A DNA stretch of 64,000 nucleotides, from IMG/VR virus record IMGVR_UViG_3300032562_000006, one strand, 5' to 3'. This DNA is from an uncultured virus (IMG/VR IMGVR_UViG_3300032562_000006) (Duplodnaviria > Heunggongvirae > Uroviricota > Caudoviricetes). The translations under genes were made by a program, and so were the position numbers. Below the pieces are notes generated by a model. The model searched no databases and was not told the origin of the DNA. It saw only the letters and a list, made by a program, of their open reading frames with translations. Shown here one piece after another: positions 25,940-36,210 of the stretch (position 1 is the stretch's first letter; every line of letters starts with the position of its first letter).

Positions 25940-28915
25940 GTGGCTGCGACGCTAACAGCAGATCAGGAGCTGGTCTACGCCTCCTTCCCGATCTCCAAGA
26001 CCGAGGAACTTCCTGACGGTAACCTGCTCGTCTACGGCAAGGCTACTGACGGAACGGTAGATTCGGATCGTCAGGTAGTTGACGTGTCATGGAGTGCGCA
26101 GGCGCTCAAGCAGTGGCTGGACACTGGTGGGAACGTCCGGGTGCAGCACCAGCCTCAGCGTGACCCCGCTGGCAAGGGGCTGCAGATTGATGTCACTCCG
26201 GACGGGCACTGGGTGAAGAGTCTCATTGTCGAGCCGGTTGCGCAGCGGCTAGTCCGGGCTAAAGTGCTGACCGCCTACAGTGTCGGCATCTCGCGGCCCC
26301 GGATTGACCCGGACCCCACCGGCAAGGCAATGGGCGGGATCATCCGGGGGAATGCTGACACTCAGATTGTTGAGGTGTCCCTGGTGGACCGGCCCGCCAA
26401 CAAGAACTGCGGCTTCCAGCTGGTGGCGAAGAGCGCAGGCGGGGAGCTGGACTGGGTGGGCAAGGTCTGGGGCGAGGAACTGCTGACGAAGGACGGGGGA
26501 GGTACCGCTACTCCTGCTACTGCAGATGACGATCCGGAAGACGTGCCCGACTACGACATGAAGCCCGACCCCGGGACCGAGCCTACCGAACCGACAGATG
26601 ATTCCGAGACCGGCAAGGGGCAGGGGCAGGGGCAGGGACAGGGGCTGAACTACATAACCGTCAGCGTTGAACTGCCGAGCGATGTGTCGGTTGCGTTTTC
26701 TCCGGCCGACCTAGCCAAGCTGCAGACGTACGCACAGAAGCTGGGTGAGGAGGATGCGGCATTCAAAGTCGTTGGTGATGCCGAGGAAGCGTTCCTCGGG
26801 AAGGCGCATCGCAAATTCGGGGCACGGCGACGCAGGCAGCTAGCCGGATCCGGGAACGCACTTGCGGACGGTTCGTATCCTATCCCGGATGCGGATGCAC
26901 TGCGCCGGGCATCAGTACTCGCGCGCAGTGGACATGGAAATGTGGCAGCCGCAAGGAGGCTGATCGCCAGGAGAGCTAAGGAGCTAAAAGTGCCCAATCC
27001 GCTCAGCGAAAACGATGCTGTCAAGGAGGAAGAGACGGTGGAAGATGTCTCCAAGTCCATGACTTGTGGCACCTGCAAGGGTCCTCTCACTGACGGCAAA
27101 TGCATGAAGTGCATGGGGAAGGCTGCGGCTGCTGTTGAAGTAGATGATGCTGCCGAAAAGGGCATCGCCCAGATGAACCATGACGACAATGACACTGACA
27201 GCGACGCCGATGAGGATGAAGGCACGGACAAGGCTGCCAAGCCGAAGAAAGGCGGAAAGGGGAAGGGGAAGGGCGGAGGGGGGAAGCCGCCCTGGCTCAA
27301 TAGTGATAAGGACAACGACGATGACGACGAAGGATCCGACGACAGCAACAAGGCGTCGATGCCTAATCCAGCGGATGGCGTGACGGGGATGACTGCGAAC
27401 GCGGTACCAATCCACCGTGAGCCGGATGGCCTGGCTATTGAATCGTTCGAACACGATGCAGGAATGCCGACGGTGCCGGATTCTAGCGTCAAGTCTGATG
27501 CTGATGCTGATGCTGTCCCGTTCACCGAGATGGATGCAGCCCTGCGACTGAAGTCGATTGGCGTGGCGCATCAGCTCGGGGTACTGCACGACCTGTGCTG
27601 CCCGGTGTTTGCTCCGGGGGATGTTGCCAAGGCGCATCCCGATTCAAACTTTGACTCGATCGACCTCATGTTCTTCGCCCAGAAGGCGATGGACTCCGCT
27701 GCGGGCGGATCGATGGAAGAGGCGATGCGGGCTACCGCCCTGTGGACGCACGCGCAGACGCTGAAAATGGTTGGCGTGAGCGGGATGCTGGCGCTGCAGG
27801 AGGAAGCGCACAAGGCATTCCGGGATGCGAATCCGGGAGTGAGTTCGTTCCCGACGCCTGGTCACATCAGTGCCGAGCGATACCGGCGGGGGGACATCAC
27901 CGCTGGCCATGCCGCTGCGAGTCCCGGTGCTGAAGGTCCGCACACGGCGGTCATTCCGTCAGCTGGCGGGATTACTGCTGAGCAGTACGGGCGCGGGTTC
28001 ATCTCGGACGGTCACGCGGCGGATTCACCTGCGAACAAGGGAGCCGGAGTTCCGTCGTCTGTTGACTACGTGCCGACCATTCAGGAAAATGCGCGGGCGG
28101 CCATGCGGGCGATGCACGACCACGTGTCCCAGACGTTTCCCGATGTGTGCTGCATTGGTCCTGGTGACGGTGCGGGCATGCGGAATCCGGTGCCGGTGCC
28201 CGCCGGAGTTCCGGCGGTTAGTGCCGCACCGATTGGGCAGTCGCACAAGAGCGAGGCGGAGCCTGCGACTGCGACTGCGACTGCAGAGCCTGACGTTTTC
28301 AAGGGCGCTGTCGCGCCGGACATCGAGAAGGCGCGCAAGAAGATGCGCAAGAAGCTCGGCAAGAAGGTGCTAGCCGGGAAGATGACGGTCGACGAAGCGC
28401 GGGCGAAGATCGGGCGGAACGTAGCCCAGAAGACCGGCGGGCAGACGATGATCGTGAGCCCGATGGGCGGCGGGATGAAGGCCGAGGAGCAGCCGGAGGC
28501 TGTCAAGTCGGCTCGCCCGGAACCGCGTGAATTCCCGCCCGGTTACACGATTGGCGGACTGCCTGCTGCACCCGGTGTGGACGCGGATGTTTTCAAGTCG
28601 CTGCTTGCGGAAGCTGTCGGACCGCTGCTGGAGCGGCTTGCCGCGAATGAGGCGGTTATCCGCGAACAGTCTGATATGATTCACAAGATGGCGGACATGC
28701 CCGACCCCGGGGTTGCGGCATTCCGTGGGATGGCCTACAAGAGTTTGAATTCTGCTGGACGTCCGGGTGGCGTTCAGACGGTAGCCGAGATCGCGGAGCG
28801 TTCTCAGGCTGCTATGCTCCGCGAAATGGAAGTTACATGGCGGACAAGTGCGGATCCCAGGGAGCGGGAAGCTGCCTGGCGGTCGATCAACAAGATGCGA
28901 GGGTTCGAATCATGA
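25940..28915 (+). CDS. capsid maturation protease fused to scaffold-like domains
   Basis: HK97-like protease motifs (VYGKAT..VDSDRQVV, VRVQH, AYSVGI, EVSLVDRPAN); acidic linkers; located before the MCP. Confidence 0.82.
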   Translation: MAATLTADQELVYASFPISKTEELPDGNLLVYGKATDGTVDSDRQVVDVSWSAQALKQWLDTGGNVRVQHQPQRDPAGKGLQIDVTPDGHWVKSLIVEPVAQRLVRAKVLTAYSVGISRPRIDPDPTGKAMGGIIRGNADTQIVEVSLVDRPANKNCGFQLVAKSAGGELDWVGKVWGEELLTKDGGGTATPATADDDPEDVPDYDMKPDPGTEPTEPTDDSETGKGQGQGQGQGLNYITVSVELPSDVSVAFSPADLAKLQTYAQKLGEEDAAFKVVGDAEEAFLGKAHRKFGARRRRQLAGSGNALADGSYPIPDADALRRASVLARSGHGNVAAARRLIARRAKELKVPNPLSENDAVKEEETVEDVSKSMTCGTCKGPLTDGKCMKCMGKAAAAVEVDDAAEKGIAQMNHDDNDTDSDADEDEGTDKAAKPKKGGKGKGKGGGGKPPWLNSDKDNDDDDEGSDDSNKASMPNPADGVTGMTANAVPIHREPDGLAIESFEHDAGMPTVPDSSVKSDADADAVPFTEMDAALRLKSIGVAHQLGVLHDLCCPVFAPGDVAKAHPDSNFDSIDLMFFAQKAMDSAAGGSMEEAMRATALWTHAQTLKMVGVSGMLALQEEAHKAFRDANPGVSSFPTPGHISAERYRRGDITAGHAAASPGAEGPHTAVIPSAGGITAEQYGRGFISDGHAADSPANKGAGVPSSVDYVPTIQENARAAMRAMHDHVSQTFPDVCCIGPGDGAGMRNPVPVPAGVPAVSAAPIGQSHKSEAEPATATATAEPDVFKGAVAPDIEKARKKMRKKLGKKVLAGKMTVDEARAKIGRNVAQKTGGQTMIVSPMGGGMKAEEQPEAVKSARPEPREFPPGYTIGGLPAAPGVDADVFKSLLAEAVGPLLERLAANEAVIREQSDMIHKMADMPDPGVAAFRGMAYKSLNSAGRPGGVQTVAEIAERSQAAMLREMEVTWRTSADPREREAAWRSINKMRGFES

Positions 28916-28956
28916 GTTCGTTTATGACTTAGCTAGAAAAGAAGGAGGAGATCTGC

Positions 28957-30789
28957 ATGGCAGATGTCCTGGAAGCTCCATCTCCTTCCCCTGCTGTGGG
29001 GGACTTCGGAGCGCCCGCGCGCGAGGCTGAGGCTTTGCTGAAGCAGCGCGGGCAGACCGGCGATGTGCTCAAGTCGCGCATGCCGGAGCTTGTCAAGGGG
29101 GCCGGGTACGCGCTCGGCAACAATGCGCCGCTGTCTGACTCCATGGAGATCATGACTAAGGCGCACCAGGCGACGATGGACCTGCGCACGGCGACGTGGA
29201 GCGGGTACAACAACAAGGCATCGGTTGTCAAGGGCCTGAACGGCGACTTCCTGTCGCAGCGGGGGTACCTGAAGACGGCACTGACTGCACCCTCGGTGGG
29301 GGAGCAGATGCAGCAGCTGTTTTCGATGCTGCCCGGCGGCGGGGACGCGCTGAAGTCGTTCACGGCCGGAAACCTAGGAATCGGGTCGATTTCGGGCCTG
29401 GTTCCGTTCGATCTGCTCGCCCCGAGCAGGCTTATCTATCCTGTTTACACGGTATTCCGCAACAAGCTGCCCCGTCCAGCCGGACAGGGTACCGCCCGGC
29501 AGGCCAAGGTCTTCACTGGTGTCTCGGGTTCCCAGACCGGCGGTCAGGGTATCATCGACATCTCGATTCCCGAGCTTGTCCAGGCGAACGGCTCGCTGTC
29601 GTCGACGGCGTGGCCGCTCAACCTGCCTCCGTCCGGGTCTCAGACTGAAGTAGACCTCAATATTCCGTATCGGTTCTTCGGACTGACGGAGAGCCTGAGC
29701 TGGCTGGCGCAGTTCGCCGGTCAGGGGTTCGAGGACATCTCAGCGCTGGCTAACCTCATCCTGCTGCAGGAAATGATGATGGGTGAAGAGTATCAGCTCC
29801 TCGCTGGTACCTCTGTCGCACTCAACGCCCCCGGCACCCCGACCCTCACGGCTCGGACCGCCGGGTCGAACGAAACCGGCCTGACCGGTGTCACCACCAA
29901 CGTGTTCGTCGAAGTGACCGCGACCAACTACTTCGGCGAGACGACGGTGTCGGCTGCCGGGTCGGTGGCGGCTACCAACGGCCAGGTCGTGGACGTGCTC
30001 ATCAGTCCGTCGCAGGGTGCGCAGTCGTATAACATCTACGTGTCGACCGGTTCTTCGGCTGGCACGTACTACCGGAGCGCGACTGGTGTCGGCGGGTCGC
30101 GGTACACAGTCCAGGGCGCGATCCCGACGTCTGGTCTCACGGCTCCGTCTGCGGACACCGGGACCGGTTCCAACACCCGGCTTGAGGGGCTTATCCCCAC
30201 GCTGACGGGTAAGAGTGCCTCCACGACAGTATACCCGAACGGCTGGCAGGGCGGGTACTACAACGCCTCGGTCGGTACGCACCTTAGCTACAACGCACTC
30301 TACACGGCGCTAGACGCGCTGTGGGAGTCGGTGTTCACCACGCCTGGCGCATTCCGAGCGGACCCGGCGGAGATCGTCGGTGACGGCGGCGACATCATGC
30401 GGCTGTCGACGGACGTGATTTCTCAGGGTTCGGCTACCAACTACCGGCTCTGGCTGGACCAGGCGGACGTGTCGGGTATCCGGGTGGGTGCGGCGGTGTC
30501 GGAGTTCCAGAACCCGATCACCCGATCGGTCCTGAAGCTGGTGGTGCACCCCTGGATGACGCAGGGCACCGCGATGCTGATGACGTACCAGCTCCCGCAG
30601 ACGTGGACGAATGTCGCGAATGCGTGGGAGATGACCTGCGTGCAGGACTATGTGTCTATTGCGTGGCCCGTGATTGACGCGACGTTCCGATACAGTATTT
30701 TCCTCTACGCCGCCTTGTGCGGTTACGCTCCGTACTACAGCGGGATACTGCAAGGACTTCAGGTGTCAGACACCACCCCCTACAGCTGA
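28957..30789 (+). CDS. major capsid protein with inserted Fn3/Ig-like domain
   Basis: AAGGAGG RBS; position; PGTPTL...VEVTATNYFGET...GAQSYNIYV Fn3-like insertion. Confidence 0.8.
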   Translation: MADVLEAPSPSPAVGDFGAPAREAEALLKQRGQTGDVLKSRMPELVKGAGYALGNNAPLSDSMEIMTKAHQATMDLRTATWSGYNNKASVVKGLNGDFLSQRGYLKTALTAPSVGEQMQQLFSMLPGGGDALKSFTAGNLGIGSISGLVPFDLLAPSRLIYPVYTVFRNKLPRPAGQGTARQAKVFTGVSGSQTGGQGIIDISIPELVQANGSLSSTAWPLNLPPSGSQTEVDLNIPYRFFGLTESLSWLAQFAGQGFEDISALANLILLQEMMMGEEYQLLAGTSVALNAPGTPTLTARTAGSNETGLTGVTTNVFVEVTATNYFGETTVSAAGSVAATNGQVVDVLISPSQGAQSYNIYVSTGSSAGTYYRSATGVGGSRYTVQGAIPTSGLTAPSADTGTGSNTRLEGLIPTLTGKSASTTVYPNGWQGGYYNASVGTHLSYNALYTALDALWESVFTTPGAFRADPAEIVGDGGDIMRLSTDVISQGSATNYRLWLDQADVSGIRVGAAVSEFQNPITRSVLKLVVHPWMTQGTAMLMTYQLPQTWTNVANAWEMTCVQDYVSIAWPVIDATFRYSIFLYAALCGYAPYYSGILQGLQVSDTTPYS

Positions 30790-30897
30790 TCTGTTTGCAG
30801 TTACGCACCTTAGTTCGGCTTGAGCTAGTGTAGTGTGAAAGGAACCTCCGTGCTAGCGAGGCTAGCACGGAGGTTCCGCCCCGGCACCGGAGGCACA

Positions 30898-31326
30898 ATG
30901 GCCTGGTTCATCAGCCAGCAGAACTACGAGAAAATCGTTCAGGAACTGGCCGAACTAAGCCAGCGTCTTACTACAGTTGAAACAACCCTAGGGAGAGTCA
31001 TGACGGCTCAGAACGACATCAACGCAGCGGTCGCGCAGATCAGCGCGTCCATCAACGACATCAGCACCCAGATCACCGCGCTCGGCACGGATGTCACCAC
31101 GATCCAGACCGAGATCGCCACGCTCCAGCAGCAGGGCGTGGACACGTCCGCTCTCAACGCGGCTGTCGCCTCACTCGCCTCCACGCAGTCGAACCTAGAT
31201 CAGGCTGTTGCAGCTGTCGGCACTATCGCCGCGTCGGTCAATCCGGTTCCGGCTCCTCCGACGGGTACGACCACGACCACGACCACGACTCCGTCGGAGC
31301 GCTACGGCTACGGCAGCCAGCGTTAA
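30898..31326 (+). CDS. coiled-coil hypothetical protein
   Basis: GGAGG RBS; heptad pattern. Confidence 0.6.
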   Translation: MAWFISQQNYEKIVQELAELSQRLTTVETTLGRVMTAQNDINAAVAQISASINDISTQITALGTDVTTIQTEIATLQQQGVDTSALNAAVASLASTQSNLDQAVAAVGTIAASVNPVPAPPTGTTTTTTTTPSERYGYGSQR

Positions 31327-31396
31327 TTCCGTCTTGCTCATTTAGGTTACTGCACGACGCCGTCGGTTGGCGGCTATAGCATGAAAGGTCAGGCAT

Positions 31397-31783
31397 ATGC
31401 CTATCTTCGCACAAGGACCGTCGTACCAGAAGTACACGGTCGGCACCGGTCCCACCCTGCTTTACTCGACGCGCGGTCAGGCCGGTACCGCTATCGGTAC
31501 CGCCATCTCCGTCAAGAACCCGACGCTGTTCAATGCCGGGTCCGTCACGGTGTACATCCTCGCCGGAGGTACCGCGCAGGCGACCGGCGGCACCGCCACT
31601 GCCGCGAACATTCTCCTGTACGGCATCGGCCTGCTGCCCGGCAACCAGATGACGTTCACCGGCACTGCTGTCACCACGACTACGAGTTACGGCGGCGTGT
31701 ATGACATGTTCGGCTGCGTAGCCGGGTCTGGCACGACGGTTGTCGTCGAGGGCGGCTACGCTACCCAGACGCTCGTCAGCTAA
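31397..31783 (+). CDS. putative capsid decoration/structural protein
   Basis: small beta-rich protein after the MCP. Confidence 0.6.
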   Translation: MPIFAQGPSYQKYTVGTGPTLLYSTRGQAGTAIGTAISVKNPTLFNAGSVTVYILAGGTAQATGGTATAANILLYGIGLLPGNQMTFTGTAVTTTTSYGGVYDMFGCVAGSGTTVVVEGGYATQTLVS

Positions 31784-31807
31784 CAACTCTGCTGCTGAGA
31801 GGGAACT

Positions 31808-32338
31808 ATGGTCACGTCACCACGGGCAGCGTCCCAGACGACAGGCGTGGACCCGCCTGTCGCCAGCCCGGGCATCACTCAGGTCTACGTCCCGGCATCT
31901 GTCGGGACTCCGCACTGCGTCCTGTTCAACAACGGAGCTAGTCCTGCCTACATCGGCGGCTCGTCCGTCACGGCGGCAACCGGGCTGTTCTTCCCGCCGA
32001 ACGCGCAGCTGTCACTGCCCTACGCACCGTTCGGCATCTGGGCGACTGACAGTTACGTACTCGGCACGGCCACGACTACCATCTCAGCGAACGTCCTAGC
32101 CGGAGGCACGACGCTTGCGGCCGGGTCGCTAGCATCCATGACGGTGGGCGGGCTGATTCAGCTCGGCAATGCGGGCAAGCCTACCACCTTCGAAGTGGTG
32201 GCTATCTCGGCGTTTGTCAATGCCGGGACGCTGACAACCACGACACCCGTACTGTACGATCACATATCCGGCGCGACCGTGACAACCGTCGCAGCGCAGT
32301 CGGCTACGTCGCTGTCGGTGAACGTCGGGACCACGTGA
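31808..32338 (+). CDS. putative structural protein
   Basis: small beta-rich protein; LFNNG...YIGG...GL motif shared with neighbours. Confidence 0.6.
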   Translation: MVTSPRAASQTTGVDPPVASPGITQVYVPASVGTPHCVLFNNGASPAYIGGSSVTAATGLFFPPNAQLSLPYAPFGIWATDSYVLGTATTTISANVLAGGTTLAAGSLASMTVGGLIQLGNAGKPTTFEVVAISAFVNAGTLTTTTPVLYDHISGATVTTVAAQSATSLSVNVGTT

Positions 32339-32342
32339 TACT

Positions 32343-32624
32343 ATGGCGTCGACCATTGAGCCATTCACTGTCACATCAGGCAGTGCTACACTTATCACGT
32401 ACCTCACCCCGGGGCCTAGCTCCATCTACATTTCTGCAGGTGCAGGAACTGCGGGCATGTATCTCGGTCTGGGGACGACGACTTCGGCGGCTAACGGCCT
32501 CTATCTGCCGAGTGGTTACCCTCCGTGGGAGGCATCACGCTATCCTGGCCTCGGATCGCGTCCACTATACGGCATCGCTGCCAGCGGCACTGTGACAGGC
32601 GCATGCCTCATCATTCACCCGTAG
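32343..32624 (+). CDS. putative structural protein
   Basis: YLG...ANGLYLPSG motif shared with neighbours. Confidence 0.55.
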   Translation: MASTIEPFTVTSGSATLITYLTPGPSSIYISAGAGTAGMYLGLGTTTSAANGLYLPSGYPPWEASRYPGLGSRPLYGIAASGTVTGACLIIHP

Positions 32625-32648
32625 CAGAATATGCGGTAGGATAGAAGC

Positions 32649-33002
32649 ATGAGTCAGAGAGTTCAGCTCCCGCCCGGTTGCGCCGGATTCCGGTGCGCGG
32701 ATGGATCGGTTTACTCCGCTAAGGCGGGGACATCAGTAGTGCTTGAGGACCGGCACGCAAAAGCTCTCTCCAGCAGTCAGCACCAAAGTATCGGGCTGGT
32801 GAAGGCTGGAGAGAGCTTCGCGCTCGGAACTAAGAAGGGGAGGTACTGCTCCGGATGCGCCAGGATCTGGCAGGCTTGGTCTCTTGAATGTCCAAAGTGC
32901 GGAGAAGAGACGTACGAGTTGCTACCGGCGTCTGCACTGGAGTCGGATGAGACCTCAGCCAGCACTCAAAGCAGTTTGCCCACTCTGAACGGAACTGCTT
33001 GA
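32649..33002 (+). CDS. zinc-ribbon hypothetical protein
   Basis: CSGC...CPKCG; leaderless, TAGGAT -10 at 32637-42. Confidence 0.65.
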   Translation: MSQRVQLPPGCAGFRCADGSVYSAKAGTSVVLEDRHAKALSSSQHQSIGLVKAGESFALGTKKGRYCSGCARIWQAWSLECPKCGEETYELLPASALESDETSASTQSSLPTLNGTA

Positions 33003-33075
33003 ACGGTACTTTGCATGACGAACAGTGTGACCGTTGGTAATGTAGTTCCACCCCATGTAACCTCTCGGTGATGAT

Positions 33076-33119
33076 CCCGGCCTGCTCGGGTCTGCCTGGC
33101 GGGCGTCGAGCAGGCCGGG
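33076..33119. terminator. hairpin between convergent genes
   Basis: CCCGGCCTGCTCG/CGAGCAGGCCGGG 13-bp stem. Confidence 0.65.
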
Positions 33120-33135
33120 GGTCTGGGTCGGGCTA

Positions 33136-33510
33136 TCAGCCCTTCTCGGGATAGATGCTGTCAGTGGGGCCGGGGGTGACGTTGTAACCGTCCCGCCAGC
33201 CCTTGCGACGGGAAACGAACTCCCTGCCGTTCTCGTCTGTCCCGTACTGGGCGTCGCCCAGTCCGAAGCGGATGCGATTTTGGGCTAGTTCTTTCTGGGA
33301 GCTGGCGTAGGCTTCCATTGACAGCCAGTACTCGTACGTGGTACGATCGGAGTCAGGGATCACTTGGCGCTTGCTCGGCACGAAATCCGGGTAGGTTTCC
33401 TTGAGTTCCTTCCGCTCCGCCTCGGCGTTATTCCCGAACATGGGGAAGATCATCTCCGGCATGGCGGCGGAGTGTACTAGCGCAGCGTGCTTATCCGCAG
33501 ATAGTGACAC
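33136..33510 (-). CDS. hypothetical protein
   Basis: GTG start behind AAGGA RBS; resembles the C-terminal region of YqaJ-type phage proteins. Confidence 0.6.
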   Translation of the reverse strand: MSLSADKHAALVHSAAMPEMIFPMFGNNAEAERKELKETYPDFVPSKRQVIPDSDRTTYEYWLSMEAYASSQKELAQNRIRFGLGDAQYGTDENGREFVSRRKGWRDGYNVTPGPTDSIYPEKG

Positions 33511-33602
33511 TGTATTCCTTTCCTTTATTCCTTTTCCCTGCCCCTGCTTGCGGGCATACCTAAGTGTACCGCACGGGGCGCGTCTACACAACTGGAGATA
33601 CT

Positions 33603-34214
33603 ATGGGACGATATGGCCGCAACGACGTGGTAAGCGTCGCTGTGCCAGTAACTGCCGGAGGATGCGGAGCGACACACTCGCGACCCGTTGCCGACGGCGT
33701 GGCAGCTGACGAATGGGACCTGGAGCAGGCGTGCCTGACATGCTCGACTGCTCTCCAGGGAGACCCGCTCTGGGCATCGATGCCAGCGGAAATACCAGAG
33801 ACTCCCGACGAGCGCATGATTCGCGAGGATGCGGAAAAGCGCGGCGAGCGGCAGATTAAGAAGTCGCAGGAGCGACTCAGCGTCCAGCAGGGGGAGCTGA
33901 ACGAGAAGCTCGTCGAGCTGCTAGCGCGCAGCAGCGGCAGCGAGGTGGCGGTTCCGGATCAGGAGCTGATCGCGCGGATGGTCGCGGAGCAAGTGCAGAA
34001 AGTACTAGCTTCCATGCGGGGGGCTCCGGCACCGGCGCCGGATGTCGTCGTGCCGGTTGACGAACTGACGGATGAAATCCCTATCGCGAGTGGTGTGGAC
34101 CTGACCCGGCTGCACGTGCGGACGCTGGGAAAGATGTGCCGGGACCGGGGAGTGGATGACAAAGGCGGCAAGGCGGATCTTGTCGCGCGACTGACAGCTG
34201 CGACTGAGGACTGA
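33603..34214 (+). CDS. hypothetical protein with C-terminal SAP domain
   Basis: LTRLHVRTLGKMCRDRGVDDKGGKADLVARL. Confidence 0.7.
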   Translation: MGRYGRNDVVSVAVPVTAGGCGATHSRPVADGVAADEWDLEQACLTCSTALQGDPLWASMPAEIPETPDERMIREDAEKRGERQIKKSQERLSVQQGELNEKLVELLARSSGSEVAVPDQELIARMVAEQVQKVLASMRGAPAPAPDVVVPVDELTDEIPIASGVDLTRLHVRTLGKMCRDRGVDDKGGKADLVARLTAATED

Positions 34215-34217
34215 CGT

Positions 34218-34625
34218 GTGGCTCCGGGCAGCGGGTCCTGTGCGTCGTGCGGAGGAGCTAAACGAGGACGCGCTGCCCGGAATCGCGTCAGTCGTGCTAC
34301 ACTGAACTGTGATGTGTGTGCGAACGGTATGTGCGGAGAGCACGCAGTGTGGTCCGGGGGGCGGTACGTCTGCCTGAAGTGTGCACGGGATGAGGGAATG
34401 ACAGTGCGGAGGAAACCAGATGACCATGCCAGCCTACGGACCGGTGAGCCCGTACGTGACTCCGCAGATGTTGATCTCGGCTCCGACGGGCATATCGTGG
34501 AACACGATTCCGCCGGGATCGGGAGTGACTCCCATCCAGCGACTAGCGGAACAGGCCAACATCTGCGGCCGGGCGACGTCGGAAGCGGACGGAGTCATCA
34601 ACCAGATCATCCGGGCGACAATTGA
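34218..34625 (+). CDS. Cys-rich hypothetical protein (C-terminal part overlaps next gene)
   Basis: CASC, CDVC..CGEH, CLKC. Confidence 0.45.
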   Translation: MAPGSGSCASCGGAKRGRAARNRVSRATLNCDVCANGMCGEHAVWSGGRYVCLKCARDEGMTVRRKPDDHASLRTGEPVRDSADVDLGSDGHIVEHDSAGIGSDSHPATSGTGQHLRPGDVGSGRSHQPDHPGDN

Positions 34626-35376
34626 CACTGAGATCTACCACGGACCCGGTGACTACCGGGTGAACGTGCAGCAGTACACGGGGAACACGCGGATCATCCT
34701 GCAGCGGTGGCCGGTCGTGGCTGTCAGCTCAGTGAAAGTAGCTCCGAATGCGATTTTCCCGCGACAGTGGACCACGCTGCCTACCGGATACTACGAGATC
34801 GAGTATCCGGCGTCTGGCATTTTCGGGTCCGCGCAGCCGACCGGGTCTGGTGACGGCGGCCAGGCGATCATCCTCGCACCCGGGTACGTCAACTGGGGCA
34901 TGGGGAGGCAGGGATGGGTCATCCAAGTGCAGTACGTCAACGGCTGGCCGCATGCGGGGCTGATTGCGTCGTGCGTCGCTGGAGCTACCACGCTGACGGT
35001 TGATGACTGCACCGGCTGGGCAATTCCGCAGGCCGAGACCGGACTGGTCGGGGCGACTGCGACTATCTATGACGGCGGCCAGCAGGAAGTTATCCAGGTG
35101 ACTGCGACGTCGGTGACAAGCGGCCCGGGGACGCTGACGCTTGCATCAGGGACTAGTTTCGCACATGACTCGAATGTCGGCATCATTATCTCGACTATTC
35201 CCCGTGACCTGCAGTGGGCGACCATCTTGCTAGCAAGTGCTGAGGCGCTAGCGCGCGGCGCAACATCGACCACGGTACAGGAAGTGTCCGGCAAGGCGCA
35301 GAACTCCTCAGCACGAATGGACACTCTCCGGCATGATGCCCACCGGATCTTGTCTACGTTCAAGAGGGTGATCTAG
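34420..35376 (+). CDS. head-to-tail adaptor-like protein
   Basis: RATSEADG...IILQRWPVVAVSSV...VQYVNGW...IPRDLQWATILLA. Confidence 0.7.
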   Translation: MTMPAYGPVSPYVTPQMLISAPTGISWNTIPPGSGVTPIQRLAEQANICGRATSEADGVINQIIRATIDTEIYHGPGDYRVNVQQYTGNTRIILQRWPVVAVSSVKVAPNAIFPRQWTTLPTGYYEIEYPASGIFGSAQPTGSGDGGQAIILAPGYVNWGMGRQGWVIQVQYVNGWPHAGLIASCVAGATTLTVDDCTGWAIPQAETGLVGATATIYDGGQQEVIQVTATSVTSGPGTLTLASGTSFAHDSNVGIIISTIPRDLQWATILLASAEALARGATSTTVQEVSGKAQNSSARMDTLRHDAHRILSTFKRVI

Positions 35377-35379
35377 CCG

Positions 35380-35892
35380 ATGCCGATCGTATCCTGCCAG
35401 AACGCGATTGTCGGTATTCTGCAAGGGCTGCCGATGCCCAACGGCAATTACCTGCTGGAAGCGTACGTCACGCCGCCGGACCCCGAGACCGACTACACAA
35501 ACCCGCATATTTACATCTGGCCGACCAAGGGTATGGAGTCGCGCAACCCGATGGACGGCGGAGCAATCCCCCGGAACACAGGAGTCGGAACGCCATCAGG
35601 GACTAAACCCATCCGGCATCATATGGAGGCGTTTCTGCGGTGGTACGCCAACAATGATGACGTGAGCGCGGACACCTGGTTCCCCGGTATGGTTGACGCA
35701 GTGATGTGGGCACTTCGGACGGCGACCGATCCGCTGGTCGTCACGGATCCGTACACTGACATCGAGACGCAGCTGATCGGGATCGGTGAGGAGATGGATT
35801 ACATGATCACAATCCGCGCAACCGAAGATGAAGCGTACAATATGTATGACTGCTTGATCAGCCTCCCGCTCTGGGAGATTATTCACGCTTAG
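35380..35892 (+). CDS. putative tail terminator/neck protein
   Basis: position and size before the tail tube gene. Confidence 0.55.
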   Translation: MPIVSCQNAIVGILQGLPMPNGNYLLEAYVTPPDPETDYTNPHIYIWPTKGMESRNPMDGGAIPRNTGVGTPSGTKPIRHHMEAFLRWYANNDDVSADTWFPGMVDAVMWALRTATDPLVVTDPYTDIETQLIGIGEEMDYMITIRATEDEAYNMYDCLISLPLWEIIHA

Positions 35893-35948
35893 CAGCTGTT
35901 CGCAGCCCCTCCAAGGGGATACCTACCAGCGGAAGGGACTGGGAACCA

Positions 35949-36209
35949 GTGACCTACCAGCTTATATATCCTGGTTATCGTGACATGGCTACAGGCAAGA
36001 CTCTCGTTGTCACGCCTGGCAGTGCCTACACCATCGCTCTCACAGGGGGAGCGATCACGTCGACTCCCGCGTACCCGAATGACGGGCGCTGGACGAGCAC
36101 CACGACATTCGTGTCGATGGAAGATAAGTCCACGAAGTACGAGAAGCCGCCGAAGCCTGACGCTGAACCGGTAACGGATGCGCTCAGCACGATAAAGGAA
36201 GGGGCCTGA
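35949..36209 (+). CDS. hypothetical protein
   Basis: ORF filling the gap before the major tail gene. Confidence 0.5.
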   Translation: MTYQLIYPGYRDMATGKTLVVTPGSAYTIALTGGAITSTPAYPNDGRWTSTTTFVSMEDKSTKYEKPPKPDAEPVTDALSTIKEGA

Positions 36210-36210
36210 T

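Noticed and set aside
22215..26645. G-rich tandem repeats (GGTGAG x4 at ~22216, GGGAAA-type at ~23524, GGGCAG-type at ~26617) as G-quadruplex or contingency loci
   Set aside because: Mostly 6-nt units that keep frame and encode GE/GQ linkers; slippage in linkers explains them.
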